A stretch of 64,000 nucleotides of DNA, from NCBI GenBank assembly GCA_014905635.1, contig JABVCE010000018.1:558001-622000 (forward strand), read 5' to 3'. The translations under genes were made by a program, and so were the position numbers. Of this stretch, positions 10,995 through 22,629 are shown one piece after another. Origin of the DNA: Scenedesmus sp. PABB004. Its lineage: Eukaryota. The stretch's first letter is position 1; every line of letters begins with the position of its first letter. The notes beneath the pieces are model-generated. The model did not search any database and was not told where the DNA came from. It saw only the letters and a program-made list of their open reading frames with translations.

Positions 10995-12999
10995 GGGGCG
11001 GGGTCGGCCACGGCTGCTGCGGCGGCCGCAGGCGCCGCGGGCGCGCAAGGGTTGCGCGCGGGGTCTGCGGCCGCCGCCCTCTGTGCGGCGGCCGCGCCTT
11101 GGTCTCGCGCTCTATAACCGTGAAGTTGTGCAGCTGGCCCCGCAGGTCCTCCGTGCTGCGCCGCACGAGCACGCCCGAGCGCTGCAGCGGCTCCAGCAGC
11201 GCCTGCGCGCGGCGCGCGCGGCAGCGGGCGGGCTCGGGCGCGCGCCGCTGCGCGCACCCGCGCACGCCGCCCCCAGCGCGCAGCCGCAGCAGGCTCCCCG
11301 CCGACGCGGCGCGGCGCGGCGCGCGCAGGCGCCGCACCTCGATCGCCTCCAGGTCTGTCGGCCGGGCCTTGCGTATGCCCTCGTAAAAGTCTGTGCTGAT
11401 CATCGTGCCCACGCCGTCGCGCGAGTAGAGCTCCAGCAGCAGCCCGCCGTCGAGCCCCGCGTCGATGAGGTGCGCGCGCTTCACGCCCTTCACGCACGCC
11501 ACGACCGCGACCGCGACCGCGGTCGGGAAGCCCGTGTCGGTCCAGAGGTCCAGGTTGAGCAGGCAGTCGGCGGTCGAGCCGCCGGACGCGGCGCCGGCGC
11601 CGGCGCCGTTGGCGGCCGCGGCGGCGACGGCGCTGGCCGGCGCGTCGGCGAGCAGCTGGCGGCGCAGGCGGTCCGCCTCCTCGGCGTCGAGGCTCGCGGT
11701 CGAGACGTGGCCCATGAGGCGCTCGAGCAGCATGTTGCGCGCCTGGCTGAGTGGGAGCCACGCGGGCAGGCGCATGTCGGAGACGTCCGAGAGGTGCAGG
11801 CAGATGAGCTTGTCGGCGCCGAGCTCGATCGACGCGTGCAGGCCGACGTCGTAGGTGTTGCAGTTGAGCACCTCGCCGCCCGCGGTGAACCCCAGGTTGC
11901 TCAGCAGCACGATGTTGTCGTTGTCGAGCTGCCGCCGGATCGCGTCGCGCGCGACAAAGCGCACCTGCACGCGGGACGGGCGCGGCGCGGCGCGGCGCGG
12001 CGCGGCGCGGGTTAGGGGCGCGGGTGAGGCGCGCGGCGCGGGCCCCGCCGCCGCCCCCAGCGCGGCCGGGCGGCGCTGCCCCCGCCGCCGCCGCCGCCGT
12101 CTGCTGCCGCCGCTGGCGGCCGCTGCTGCGCGGCCGCTGCTGCGCGGCCGCCGCCCCGCGCCCCGCCCGCACGCCTCGCCGGCCCGCGGGGCTCGCACCT
12201 CGCCGGTGTAGCCAAAGTCGACGCCGTCGAGGATGCCGCGCCGCTTGGCGGCGACGTAGTTGCCGCTCACCACGTTGAGCGCGGGCCCAAAGTGCATCTC
12301 CGTCTCACCCTTGGCGTGGCGGCGGAAGACGGGCACGCTCGGGCCGCGCGAGAGAAACTGCTCGACTGCGGTGCGGCTGCGCCCCGCGGCCTCGACCGCC
12401 GCTCCGAGCACCGCCGCGTCGGTCACGCGGTAGCCGCCCACAAACACGCTCTCCACGCCGCCCTCCGCGAGCGCGGCGTCGATCTGCGGCGACGCGCCGA
12501 GCACGACGACGAGGCGGATGCCGAGGCCGTGCAGCAGCGCGAGGTCGGACACCAGCGCGGCGAGCAGGTCCTCCCGCAGCACGACCTCGCCCGGGATGAC
12601 CACCACGAACGTGCGCGCGCGGTGGCCCGCGATGTAGGGCGAGGCCTGGCGGAAAAACTGAACAAAGCGGCCGTAGTCCTCCGCCTCGAGCGCGCCGGCG
12701 TTGTTGAGGATGTTGCAGCTCGCCGCCGCGCCGCCGCCGCCGCTGCCGTCGAGGCTGGACCCCGGGCTGATGCCGGGGCTCTCGCCCGCCGCCAGCAGCG
12801 CCGGCGGCGGCGCCGGCGGCGCGGGCGACGGCGCCCGGCGCTCCGCGCCGCGCTGCTGCTGCGCCGTGCCCGGCTGCTGCTGCTGCTGCTGCGCCCGCGG
12901 CGCCGAGGGCCGCCACCTCGGCGGTCGAATGACAGGCGAGCCCGTCGGCCGGGTCGCCGGTGCCCGTGGGCGCGCCTGGGCGCCTGGGCGCAGCCGCAT
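10369..12999 (-). CDS. NAGS: N-acetylglutamate synthase (amino-acid kinase-like + GNAT), plastid; introns 12198-11965, 11337-11203, 11097-10894, 10755-10600
   Basis: FVQFFRQASPYIAGHRARTFVV, GVDFGYTGEV, GEVLNCNTYDV, LLLELYSRDGVGTMI, LLTTRTADWF, RINPARNS are ArgA/NAGS motifs. Confidence 0.95.
10916..10995. repeat. (GGC)n microsatellite in NAGS intron 3
   Basis: About 25 near-perfect GGC units visible. Confidence 0.9.
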
Positions 13000-13520
13000 C
13001 GCCCCGAGCTGCTGCTGCTCTGCCCGCCCGGCCGCTGCAGGCGGGTCGCGCGTGCCCTAGCGCCTCCCGCAGCTGCTACGGTGGTGAGAGGTGTGCGAGC
13101 CAGCCAATTAGGCTCCGGTCAGCGCGAAACGGTGGCACCTGCGGCAAGCCCTAACCGGCTGAATTCAAGCCAGAGCTAGTCGCTGTGCAAACGGGCGGTC
13201 ACCGGTCAGCGTCGTGGCGGCTGCGGGTCGCGGAGCTGGGCGGGCGCGGCGGCGGCGGTTGTGCGGGGCGGGCGCGGCTGCACCGCGGCGCTTCGAGGGC
13301 GGTGGCGTTGCAGCCCGTCTCCCCGGTCGGGGGGTCCCTGCGTTCTCAGCAGGTGGCGTCCAGCAACGGCGGTGCACCGCGCTTCGCAGCGCGGCCGCGC
13401 GCTGCCGGCGTATCCCGGTCGCGCGCGCGGGGTCAAGCAAACATCAGGTCCAATCAATGCGCGTCAGTCAGTCAGTCATCAGGTTGGGTTGGCTGGCACG
13501 GGCTCTGCGCGGCGGCGCGC

Positions 13521-14706
13521 TCACGCGGTCGTGGCGCCGAGCGCGACGCGCGCGTCCTCGGGGTGCAGGTACTCCGAGGGCAGCGCCTCGTACACGACGA
13601 CCTTCTTGTAGGAGCTCCTGCTCGGCTTGGCGCGCGGCTTGGCGTCGCAGGAGCCGCAGGGCGTGACGAACTGGAGCATGCCGGAGTCCTTGTCACAGAC
13701 GAGTTTGTTGATGAAGCCGTTGAGCCCGCAGATCTTGCCGGGGACGTGCTCCACCGCCCACGAGTAAATCTGCGGCCAGGGCGCGCCGGCAGAGCGTGGG
13801 CATGCGGCACACGGCGGGGCACGGGGCGTCCCTGCGCCCACAGCCGGCGTGCGCCGCACCTTGAGCTGCTCCAGGAAGTCGGCGTTGAGGTAGCCCACCT
13901 CAAAGCCGGACCCGTCCGACAGGCCAAAAGCCATGTAGACCGTGCGCCACTTGTCCTCGACGCTGCGGCGGCGGCGCGCGCTCGCCCCGCTGCGCGGCCA
14001 GCGGGGCGCGGCGCGGCGCGAGCCGGGCGCGTGCTGGGCGCTGCATGTCTGGGGGCTGCGGCTGCCCTCACCTCATCTTGGCGACCTTCATGTTGACCAC
14101 GGTCGCGCGCAGGCCCGTGGAGGCGTCCGGCGGGAGCTCAAACACCGTGCACTTGGCCATGCCGTCGGTCAGGCAGATGGTCTGGGGGTCGTAGTGCTTG
14201 CCCGGGTGGTGGTTGAAGTACTGCAGGCCTGGGGGCGGGCCGCGCGGCGGGGTCGGGCCCGCGCCGGCCGCGGCGGAGCGCGCCGCGGCCGGCCCGCCGC
14301 GCTCGCCTGTGATGAAGCTCGCGTCGTCCTGGCAGATGCGGAGGGCGGTCACCGGCTTCCACCAGAAGTACTGGTCCGGGCAGGACGTGAAGTACTCTGC
14401 ATCAGCGGCGCCGCACCGGCGGTCGCGCCGTGCGCACGCGCGTGAGCTCGGGCCGGCCAGCTAGGCGCGGCCGGCCAGGCACAGCGACCGGGCCGCGCAG
14501 CACGCACTCTGCTTGTAGCCGGCGCCCTTGACCTTGACCTCCAGCTCGTCGGCCTTGGGGCTGTAGCCGTAGCCGGCCTTGGGCGCCTTGCCGCCGTAGT
14601 AGTCGGCGACGGAGACCGCAGCCGCGGGCGTGTCAGCCGCCGCCGCGCCGGCGGCCGCGGCGAGCGCGGCTGCCAGCGCCAGCGCCGCCACGCGCGAGAG
14701 CGCCAT
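13521..14706 (-). CDS. Secreted protein of unknown function (5 exons)
   Basis: Signal peptide [24 protein letters not shown]; high-complexity exons with strong codon bias (YFTSCPDQYFWWKPVTALRIC, KICGLNGFINKLVCDKDSG); GT-AG introns. Confidence 0.7.
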
Positions 14707-15109
14707 GGCGCGAGCCTGTGAGCACGCGGGAGGGCAGGGGCGGTCGGCGAACTCGGGCCGCAACTTTCGCGCGGGCTGGCCGGGCGCGCGTGCGAGTGCG
14801 TCGACGCGTGCGTGGTGGGCGGTGGTCGCGGCAAGCTGTAGAGCAGTGGGCAGCTCGGAGGCGGTGGTGGGGCTGCGTGCGGACGGCAGGGAGGCGTGAC
14901 GGCCCGGCTCGCGCGCAGCTGCTGCCCGGCTCGCGCGCCCACAGCCGGCCCGCTCCAGCTCCAGCTGCCAATCACCGTGATTCAGGCCCGTGAGCCCAGC
15001 CGCCGCTGCTGGAGGGGCTTGGCCGGGCAGGAGCGCAGCACGCTGGTCGACCGCTGGTCGCGGGCGCTCGCGCAGCCCACACCGCCGCCCGACCCGGCCT
15101 TTACTCAGC

Positions 15110-16147
15110 TCAGCTCCCCGGCCTCTGCGGCCCCGCAGCTCCAGCCGCCGCCCGGAACTGCAGGGTGTCCGGCAGGGCGCCGCCGCCGAGCTGCGCGACG
15201 CCCGGCTGTGCCAGCGCGGCGTCCGCGCCGCGGCAGCCCTCCCCCGCCGCGGCCGCCAGCAGGCCCGCGGCGACGCCGCCCTCCCCTGGCGCCAGCGCCA
15301 GCCAGCGCAGCAGCGTGGCGCGCGGCAGCATGCGGTACGCGCGCGCCGCGACGTGCACCGTGCGCACGCGCGCGCGCGCGAGCCCCGCCTCGAGCACCAC
15401 GCGCACGAGCGGCGGCGGCGACGCGCGCAGGCAGCGCGCGAACGCGACCCAGTTGCAGCCCAGCGCGGCGGCCGTCGCGCGCAGGGCGGCCTGGAACTCG
15501 GGCGCCGCGAGCAGCGGCGCCCCGCCGCGCGGCGGCGCCCTGCCCGCGCACGCGAGCTGCTTGACCAGCTCCTGCCCGACCGGGCGCGCCGGCACGCACA
15601 CAAAGTAGAGCAGCAGCGCCGCCGCCACCTCGGCGCGGCGCTCCAGCAGCAGGGGCGGCCCGGGTGGTGGCGTGCGCGGGGCGGCGCCGCCGGCGCCGGG
15701 GGCGGCGCTGCTGGGGGGCCGCGCGCCGAGCGCCGGCGGCTGCCGCAGCTGCTGCTGCCGCTGCTGCTCAGGCTGCTCCGGCTGCTGCTGCGCCTGCGAC
15801 AGCTGCTGCGTCTGCTGCCGCCGCTGCCGCTGCTGCTGGTGGTCCTCAGGCAGGCGCGAGAGGGCTGGGTAGATGCTGTTGGACAGCTGCTGCAGGCACT
15901 TGAGCAGCTCCGGGTAGTTGCGCGCCGCCGCGCAGACGTCCGCCGAGAGCTCGTAGACCTCGCAGCGCAGCGCCGGCGCCGCCGCGGCGGCGGTGAGCGC
16001 CTCGCGCAGCTTTCGGAACCGCAGCACCAGCGGGTCCCAGCCGCGCAGCTCCGCCTCGCTGGCGTCCAGGCCGCACGGCCCCCGCTCCGCCATGCGGGCC
16101 AGCGCGTGCGCCCGCGCGTCGACCCAGGCCAGGGAGAGAGACTCCAT
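15110..16147 (-). CDS. SAC3/GANP/THP3 (PCI-type) domain protein, intronless
   Basis: LRFRKLREAL...EVYELSADV...YPELLKCLQQL...LGCNWVAF...ARAYRMLP pattern resembles the SAC3/GANP family. Confidence 0.65.
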   Translation of the reverse strand: MESLSLAWVDARAHALARMAERGPCGLDASEAELRGWDPLVLRFRKLREALTAAAAAPALRCEVYELSADVCAAARNYPELLKCLQQLSNSIYPALSRLPEDHQQQRQRRQQTQQLSQAQQQPEQPEQQRQQQLRQPPALGARPPSSAAPGAGGAAPRTPPPGPPLLLERRAEVAAALLLYFVCVPARPVGQELVKQLACAGRAPPRGGAPLLAAPEFQAALRATAAALGCNWVAFARCLRASPPPLVRVVLEAGLARARVRTVHVAARAYRMLPRATLLRWLALAPGEGGVAAGLLAAAAGEGCRGADAALAQPGVAQLGGGALPDTLQFRAAAGAAGPQRPGS

Positions 16148-17156
16148 CGCGTGGTGGTGCTGCTGAGGGCTGCTGCTGCTGCGGCCGCCGCTCCTGTCGC
16201 CGCTGCTGTCGCCGCTGCTGCTGTCGCCGGCGCGCGCGGCCGGCGGCGTGGCCGCCGCGAGCTGATGTGCCAGGGACGCAGAGCGCGTCCGGGGCGAGCG
16301 GCCGGGCGAGTGGGCGCGCAATGGGCGGGCTGCAAGCGGCAGCAGCGCCGGAACCGTGTCGTTCATTTTTGCGACGCAGGGCACAGGGCGCCGGCCGGCC
16401 GTGTGACGTGCTGCTCACGGGCGAGCCGTCTGGGGCGCCGTGGCCTGGCGCGCCGCGCGGCTTTGGCCCGCCGGCGCGCGCGGCTGCGGCCTGCTGGCGC
16501 CCGCCACCGCCGCGGCCGTGCAGGCGGGCGACCAAGCTGCTGAACGCCGAGCCTGGTCCACTGTGAAACGAAAACAACCACCGTGAGCGCTCCGCGCCGC
16601 CGCGCTGCGCCGCCCCCACCGCCCGCCGCCGCTGCGCACAGCGAGCGCAGCGGCCGCTCGCCCGCGCCCGCGCCGCCGCTCACACTGGTGCGAGTCCGCC
16701 GCACCACCCACCCGCGCGCCCACACCATTTGGCCTCGCTCTCGGGCAGCCTGCCCCAGTTGCCGTGCCACACACCCAGCCGTTCAGCCTCCAGATTGTCA
16801 GCCTTGACAGCTCGCCCGAGCCCGCCCGAGCCCGTCGCGCTGTGACGTGCCTGCTTCCTTGTGGCACGACACGCAGTTGATGCGCCGACACACCGTTCAG
16901 GTGATCCTTGATCCCTGATGCAAGTGCAGCCGCAATCACCATACTCCCGGGTGGCGATGCTCAAAGACCCCGCCCGCCCGCCCCCGCCCCCGCCCCCGCC
17001 GCCGCCGCTGCCGGGGGCGCGGCGATCATGCGTCGAGGAGCTCCCAGCAGGTGGCCAGGGAATTCACAGATGCAGGGCGAACAACAAATCACAACAAATC
17101 GCAAGTGCCGCTGCCAGCGGCGCGCCTTGAGCCCCTGTGCGCACGCTGGCGCCAGC

Positions 17157-18695
17157 TCACAGCGCGCCCTCGTCCACCAGCGCCGCGACCGCCTGCGCCA
17201 TCACGGTCGCCGTGGGCGTGAATGGGCTGCTGTGCACGGCTGCGAGAGCGAGCTGGCGCCACGTGAATGCGCCATAGAAGCTGAGCCCCATCATGCTGCG
17301 CAGCAGCCCGCACTTGTTCGTCAACATCACGAGGCGGTCGAGCTTGGCGCCGTCCGCGGTCGTGCGCTCCAGGTGCTGCAGCATGCTGCTGCGCGCGCCA
17401 GAGTTGTCGCCGGCTGCCAGCTGCGTCTGCAGCTCGCTCACCTGCAGGCGGCGGCGGCGGCGGCGGCAGCAGCGACAGCACGCGAGGGTGAGGGTGAGGG
17501 TGAGAGGTGGGCGCGCTCACAGCGGGCAGGCGCCGCCCGGCCGCTGGCGGCGCACCTGCTCCAGCAGCGGCGTGTGCAGGCGGTTGAACGCGGCCAGGCC
17601 GGCCATCATGTCGGCGACCTGGTCGGGGCTCAGGCGCACGCTCTGCACCACCGCCTTGTAGCGCGCGAGGTCGTGCTCTGTGGCCACCTCGCCCGTCGCG
17701 CGGTTGGTGAGGCAGAGCTCAGTCAAGAGCTCGCTGCGCTTGACAAAGGGCGCGCTGATCAGCAAGTTCAGGGCACTGACCAGCGTGGCCTTGAGGCGGC
17801 TCAGCGGCGGCAGCTGGCCGGGCACGGCGCCCGGCCCGTCCAGCAGCACCAGGCTCAGGGCCAGCTCTTGCACGACCTGCGACGCAGCAGCGGCGGCCGC
17901 CGTCCGGCACACAGCGACGCACGCAGCTGCGGTGCCTGCCGGCACCGGGCGCCCCGCCCCGCGGCCGCTACGCGCCTCATCCATGACGGCGCACGCGTCT
18001 TTCACGGTCAGCGTGCCGATGTTTGGGAAGCGCGGCTGCACCAGCAGCCGCCGGAAGAAACGGAAAGGGTCGTGCTGCGGCGCGATGCGGTCGTCTACCG
18101 CCGCGCCCGCCTCGTAGTCGCCGGCGAGCGTGCACGCGGCGCCGCCGGGCGCGCAGGCACTGCCATGCCCCGCCAGCGCCCCCGGCGGCGCCGCGCTGTA
18201 CGGCAGCCGCACCAGCTGCTCCAGCAGCGCCACCTCGTCCTCGCTGGGCGCCGCCCGACCGCTGCTGCCGCTGCGGCTGGCGCTGCTGCTGCGCACGCCG
18301 TCGACAGATCGCTCTGAACTGGTGTCGTCGCCGCTCTGCTGCTGCCGGGCCCCCGCCATGCGCTCCAGGGCCCACTGCAGCGCATCGCAGTAGCCGACCA
18401 GCAGGTCGTGCTGCGGGCGGCGGCGGTCGCGGCGGCAGCAGCGGTGGCAGCGGTCGGCGTCTTGCGGTGCGTCCGTCGCTGCCGGCGCCCGCAGGGCCGC
18501 AGGAGAGCGCTCTTGCCAGACGGTCCCGCGCGCCTTGCGTCTGATCGCGGCGTGCTGCTGCTGCGTGTGTTCGAGCAGCTCCAGCTTGCTGCGCAGCTCG
18601 GCCGTGAGGCGCTGGACCTCCGCCCGGCCACGCCGCCGTCGATCTTCCTTGGAGCCAGCCAAGGCTCCAATCTTGACCACCTTGCGGCGCGGCAT
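17157..18695 (-). CDS. Hypothetical protein with N-terminal basic/coiled-coil (bZIP-like) region and helical C-terminal domain
   Basis: KEDRRRRGRAEVQRLTAELRSKLELLE heptads; VRLSPDQVA segment; 4 introns, two with GC donors. Confidence 0.55.
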
Positions 18696-19518
18696 GCTCG
18701 ACGGCGCTGCGCAGCGTCTGAGCTGCACGGACCCCACGCCCTGCGCCACGGCCGGCGCGCCCTAGCGACGCGCCACCCGCTGCATGATGGTCCGACGAGC
18801 GAGTGGCGGGCGGGCGGGCGTGGACGGATATCGAGGCGCGGCCCGCTGAGGCGGGATCGGCCCGCCCGCTCAGCCGCCGCTGGCGCGCCCGCCCCGGCGC
18901 CGCGCAGCGTCGCAACACGGCGCGCGAGCGGTGCGATCCCGGGCCGACCGAGCGCGACTGCGAGTGTGGCGGCTGCGGGCGGAACGGCAAACCACCACAC
19001 GCCGCCGCACCGCCCGCCGGAGGCGGCGCGCACCGAGTACTCGACGCCGCGCCCTGGCCTGGCGGTGCGACGGCAGCTCGGCGCGCCCTGTGGGTACCCC
19101 TGGCGCGCCTCGGCCCGCCATCCGGAAGACCAACGCCGGCGCTGGACCGGCGTCAGCTGGCCGGGCGTGTCGGAACTCCGCGCGGCAAGCGCGCCCTGAC
19201 CACCCGGGCAGCCCGTACTCTTCAATTTGCGACGCTGATATTATTTCGGACACCGGTCGCGCCCAGAGCAGCTCCACCGCCTGCTGAGCCAGCCCCGGAG
19301 GTGGGCGCCGCGCGCCTGCGCCCCGCGCAGACGCGCACGCAGGGCCCTGAGTTGATATTCGATCTATTGTGTCGGTGAACAGTCTGGCGGCGGTCCGCGA
19401 GCCGCGCGCGAGCGGCGGGGCTGCTTGGCGCGTCCCGAACACCGCCCTCCGCCCCGCCCCGCTCCCGCCCGCCCCCGTCGCGCAGAGAGCTCACCAAGGC
19501 CTTCACGAGCAGCTTGCC

Positions 19519-21118
19519 ATGGCCAGGCGCGGCCGCGCCTGGCTCGCGGGCGCGGTGGCGGCGGTCCTGCTCTGCGCGCTGGCTGCGACGCCGGCGGACG
19601 CAGGTGCGCGCGGCGTGCGGCGCGCCGCGCTGCCGCCAGTCGTGGTCAGATGCCGTGGCGCTGCGCGCCCACTGGCCGTGACGCGTACTGCGCCAGCGCG
19701 CGGTGGTACCGACGGCGCGGACCAACAACTGCCGGAGCCGCGCGCAGGCGTGCCGAGGAAGCTGATGGAGGGCGGCGAGACGGCGCCCGCCGAGAAGGCG
19801 CCCGCCGAGAAGGCACCCACTGAGACGGCGCCCGCCGACCCCGCCCCGGCGGGCGAGGCGGCCAGCCCCGGCGATGCCGCCCCCGCGTCGCCCGTTGAGG
19901 GCGCCCCGGCCGGGGACAAGACCGACGCGACCCAGGGCGGCGAGGGCACCGGCAGCGAGACCCTGCCGGGCATGCCCGGCGGCGGCGGCGGTGGCGGCCT
20001 GTTCCCCGGCCTCCCGGGCGGCGGCGGTGGCGGTCTGTTCCCTGGCCTGCCCGGCCGCCCCGGCGGTGGTGGTGGTCTCTTCCCCGGCCTGCCCGGTCGC
20101 CCCGGCGGCGGTGGCGGTGGCTGGCAGCAGGTGCGGCGGGCATGGGCTTGGCTGCGCGCTTGCTGCTGTGGCTTGAGGCAAGGCCTCATCGCACGCCTGA
20201 CCCGCGCTCGCCACGCTTGTCCCGCAGCCCCCTGGCGGTGGCTGGCAGCAGCCTCCCGGCGGCGGCGGTGGCTGGCAGCAGGTGCGGCGGGCATGGGCTT
20301 GGCTGCGCGCTTGCTGCGGTGGCTTGAGGCAAGGCCTCATCGCACGCCTAACCCGCGCTCGCCACGCTTGTCCCGCAGCCCCCTGGCGGTGGCTGGCAGC
20401 AGCCTCCTGGCGGTGGCGGTGGCTGGCAGCAGCCTCCCGGCGGTGGCTGGCAGCAGCCTCCTGGCGGTGGCGGTGGCTGGCAGCAGCCTCCCGGCGGTGG
20501 CTGGCAGCAGCCTCCCGGTGGTGGCGGTGGCTGGCAGCAGGTGCGGCGGGTGCCCGCCGCATGGGCTTGGCTGCGCGCTTGCTGCTGTGGCTTGAGGCAA
20601 GGCCTCATCGCACGCCTATCTCGCGCTCGCCACGCTTGTCCCGCAGCCCCCTGGCGGTGGTGGTGGCTGGCAGCAGCCTCCCGGCGGCGGTGGTGGCTGG
20701 CAGCAGCCTCCCGGCGGCGGCGGTGGCTGGCAGCAGCCTCCCGGCGGCGGTGGTGGCTGGCAGCAGCCTCCCGGCGGCGGCGGTGGCTGGCAGCAGCCTC
20801 CCGGTGGCGGTGGTGGCTGGCAGCAGCCTCCCGGCGGCGGCGGTGGTTGGCAGCAGCCTCCCGGCGGCGGCGGTGGCTGGCAGCAGGTGAGCAGTGGGCT
20901 CGGCAGCGCTTGCGCTCGTGCGGCCACGCGCCGCGGCGGCGGGGAGAAAGGCGGAGGGGGGCCCCGCCGCAGCGGCCTCAACCCTGAAACGCTTAACCCC
21001 TCAACCTTGATCAGCGCCACGCCACGAATCGTGGTTGACCCGCCGCCGCCTCGCTGCGCCTGCCCCGCAGCCCCCCGGCGGTGGATGGACACAGCCCCCC
21101 GGCGGCGGCCGCCGCTGA
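19519..21118 (+). CDS. Secreted Gly/Pro/Trp/Gln repeat protein (PPGGG[GG]WQQ x17), ending ...PPGGGRR*
   Basis: Signal peptide MARRGRAWLAGAVAAVLLCALAA, RKLM motif, acidic PAEKA linker, GLFPGLP repeats. Repeat exons 20228-20281, 20379-20540, 20647-20886; last exon 21071-21118. Confidence 0.8.
20131..20886 (+). repeat. Tandem triplication of an intron+exon unit
   Basis: Introns 20131-20227, 20282-20378 and 20541-20646 are near-identical (catgggcttggctgcgcgcttgctgc...gccacgcttgtcccgcag). Confidence 0.92.
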
Positions 21119-21384
21119 GCACTGCACTCAATAAGCGAGCTTCGCCGGACAGCCGCATTGCTGCTACAACCGACAGCGCCACTGTGTGGGGGCCTTCCTG
21201 CGCCACTGTGTGCCTATCCTTTTGCCAACGTACGCCGGTTCCCTGCCTTCTAGGCTAACACCGAACGCCGGGCGCCCGTGCCCCGCCCAACGCATGCGCT
21301 GCGCGCGGCTGTTGACCACGCTGACTCGCCGGGCGAGCGTTCATGAATGTTGATCACGCCGCGTCACTCGCTCGTGTGTAAGAA

Positions 21385-21436
21385 TTACCGCTCCGCGCCG
21401 TCACCGCGCTGCGCCGCTCCCACCGCCCGGCGGGCC

Positions 21437-21489
<53 letters not shown>

Positions 21490-22351
21490 CTCGCCCGCCG
21501 TGCTGCCGCCCGTGAGCTGGCCGTCGGCTGCGATGCCCTCCCACGTCAGATTGTCGTTGGTGTAAACGCACTTTTCGGCCGCGATTGCCATCGCCCGCCG
21601 CGCGACGTCGAGCGCGGGCAGGCCGGGCACGGGCAGCAGCGCGCGCGCCGCGGCGATCGCGTAGCGCGCGCCGCTGCCGATCGCGTGCACGCCGTCCGCC
21701 GGCTCCAGCAGCTCGCCGCGGCCGCTGACCTCGAGGCAGGTCTGCGCGTCCGCCACGATCATCGTCGCCTGGCGGCGGCGGCGGCGGCGGCGCCAGCGGC
21801 GCCGGCAGGCCTGAGGCGGAGCCAGCGGCGCCGGCCGCGCGGCGGCGCCGCGCGGCGCGGCGCGGCCGCCGCGCCCCGCGCAGCGCGCGCCGCGTGCGCG
21901 CCTCGAGGTGGCGCAGGATGCGGTCCTGGCGCCAGACCTTGGCCAGCTCGACCGCAGCGCGGCGCAGCTGGCCCGGGTGCGCTTCGAGGCGCTGCTCGAG
22001 GCGCTCAAACAGGGTGAGCCCGTCGGCGGTGCTGCCGGCAAAGCCGCCAAGGCTCGGCACCGGCTGCGTCGCGAGGCGGCGCAGCTTGCGCGCGTTGGGC
22101 TTGACGACCTTGGACCCCGCGCTGATCTGGCCGTCCGCCATCAGCACCACCTCGCCGTCCTTGCGCACGCAGAGCACGGTGGTGCCGTGCACGGCCGGCG
22201 CGCCGTGGAAGGCAGCAGCGCGCCCGCTGCTCGAGCACGCGGCGAGCGCGCAGAGGTGGCAGCAGCCCGCGGCGCAGCGGCACCGTGGGGCCGCTAGCAG
22301 GGCTTGCAGCAGCGGCTGCTGGAGCGGCTGGTGGAGCGCGCGGCGCAGCAT
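21385..22351 (-). CDS. hslV: HslV (ClpQ) threonine protease subunit, mitochondrial precursor; GC-AG intron 21901-21769
   Basis: Presequence then [56 protein letters not shown]. Confidence 0.93.
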
Positions 22352-22629
22352 GGCGGCGAGCGCTGCTGCTGCTGCTGCTCGCTGCTGCCGGTGCGCCAAG
22401 TGGCGGTGGGGTGGCGGTGGGGGCGCTCCGCCTGCCCTCTCTGAAAGAACAGGAAGCTTCGGAGCCAACTGTGGTGGGGGAGAGTGTGCCGGGGAGCGGC
22501 GGCGCTCGCGCTTTGCTCACCTGTCGTCACCCTGCTGAAGCGCGGTCGCCGCAGCTGCGGGCTCCCAGCCCGCGCCCCTCGCCGCCCACAGCCCCGTCGC
22601 CCGCCGCTCAACGCGCCTCTGTGCGGACG

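Noticed and set aside
20131..20886. CRISPR-like repeat-spacer array
   Set aside because: The units are spliceosomal introns and coding repeats, with no unique spacers or cas genes, in a eukaryotic context.
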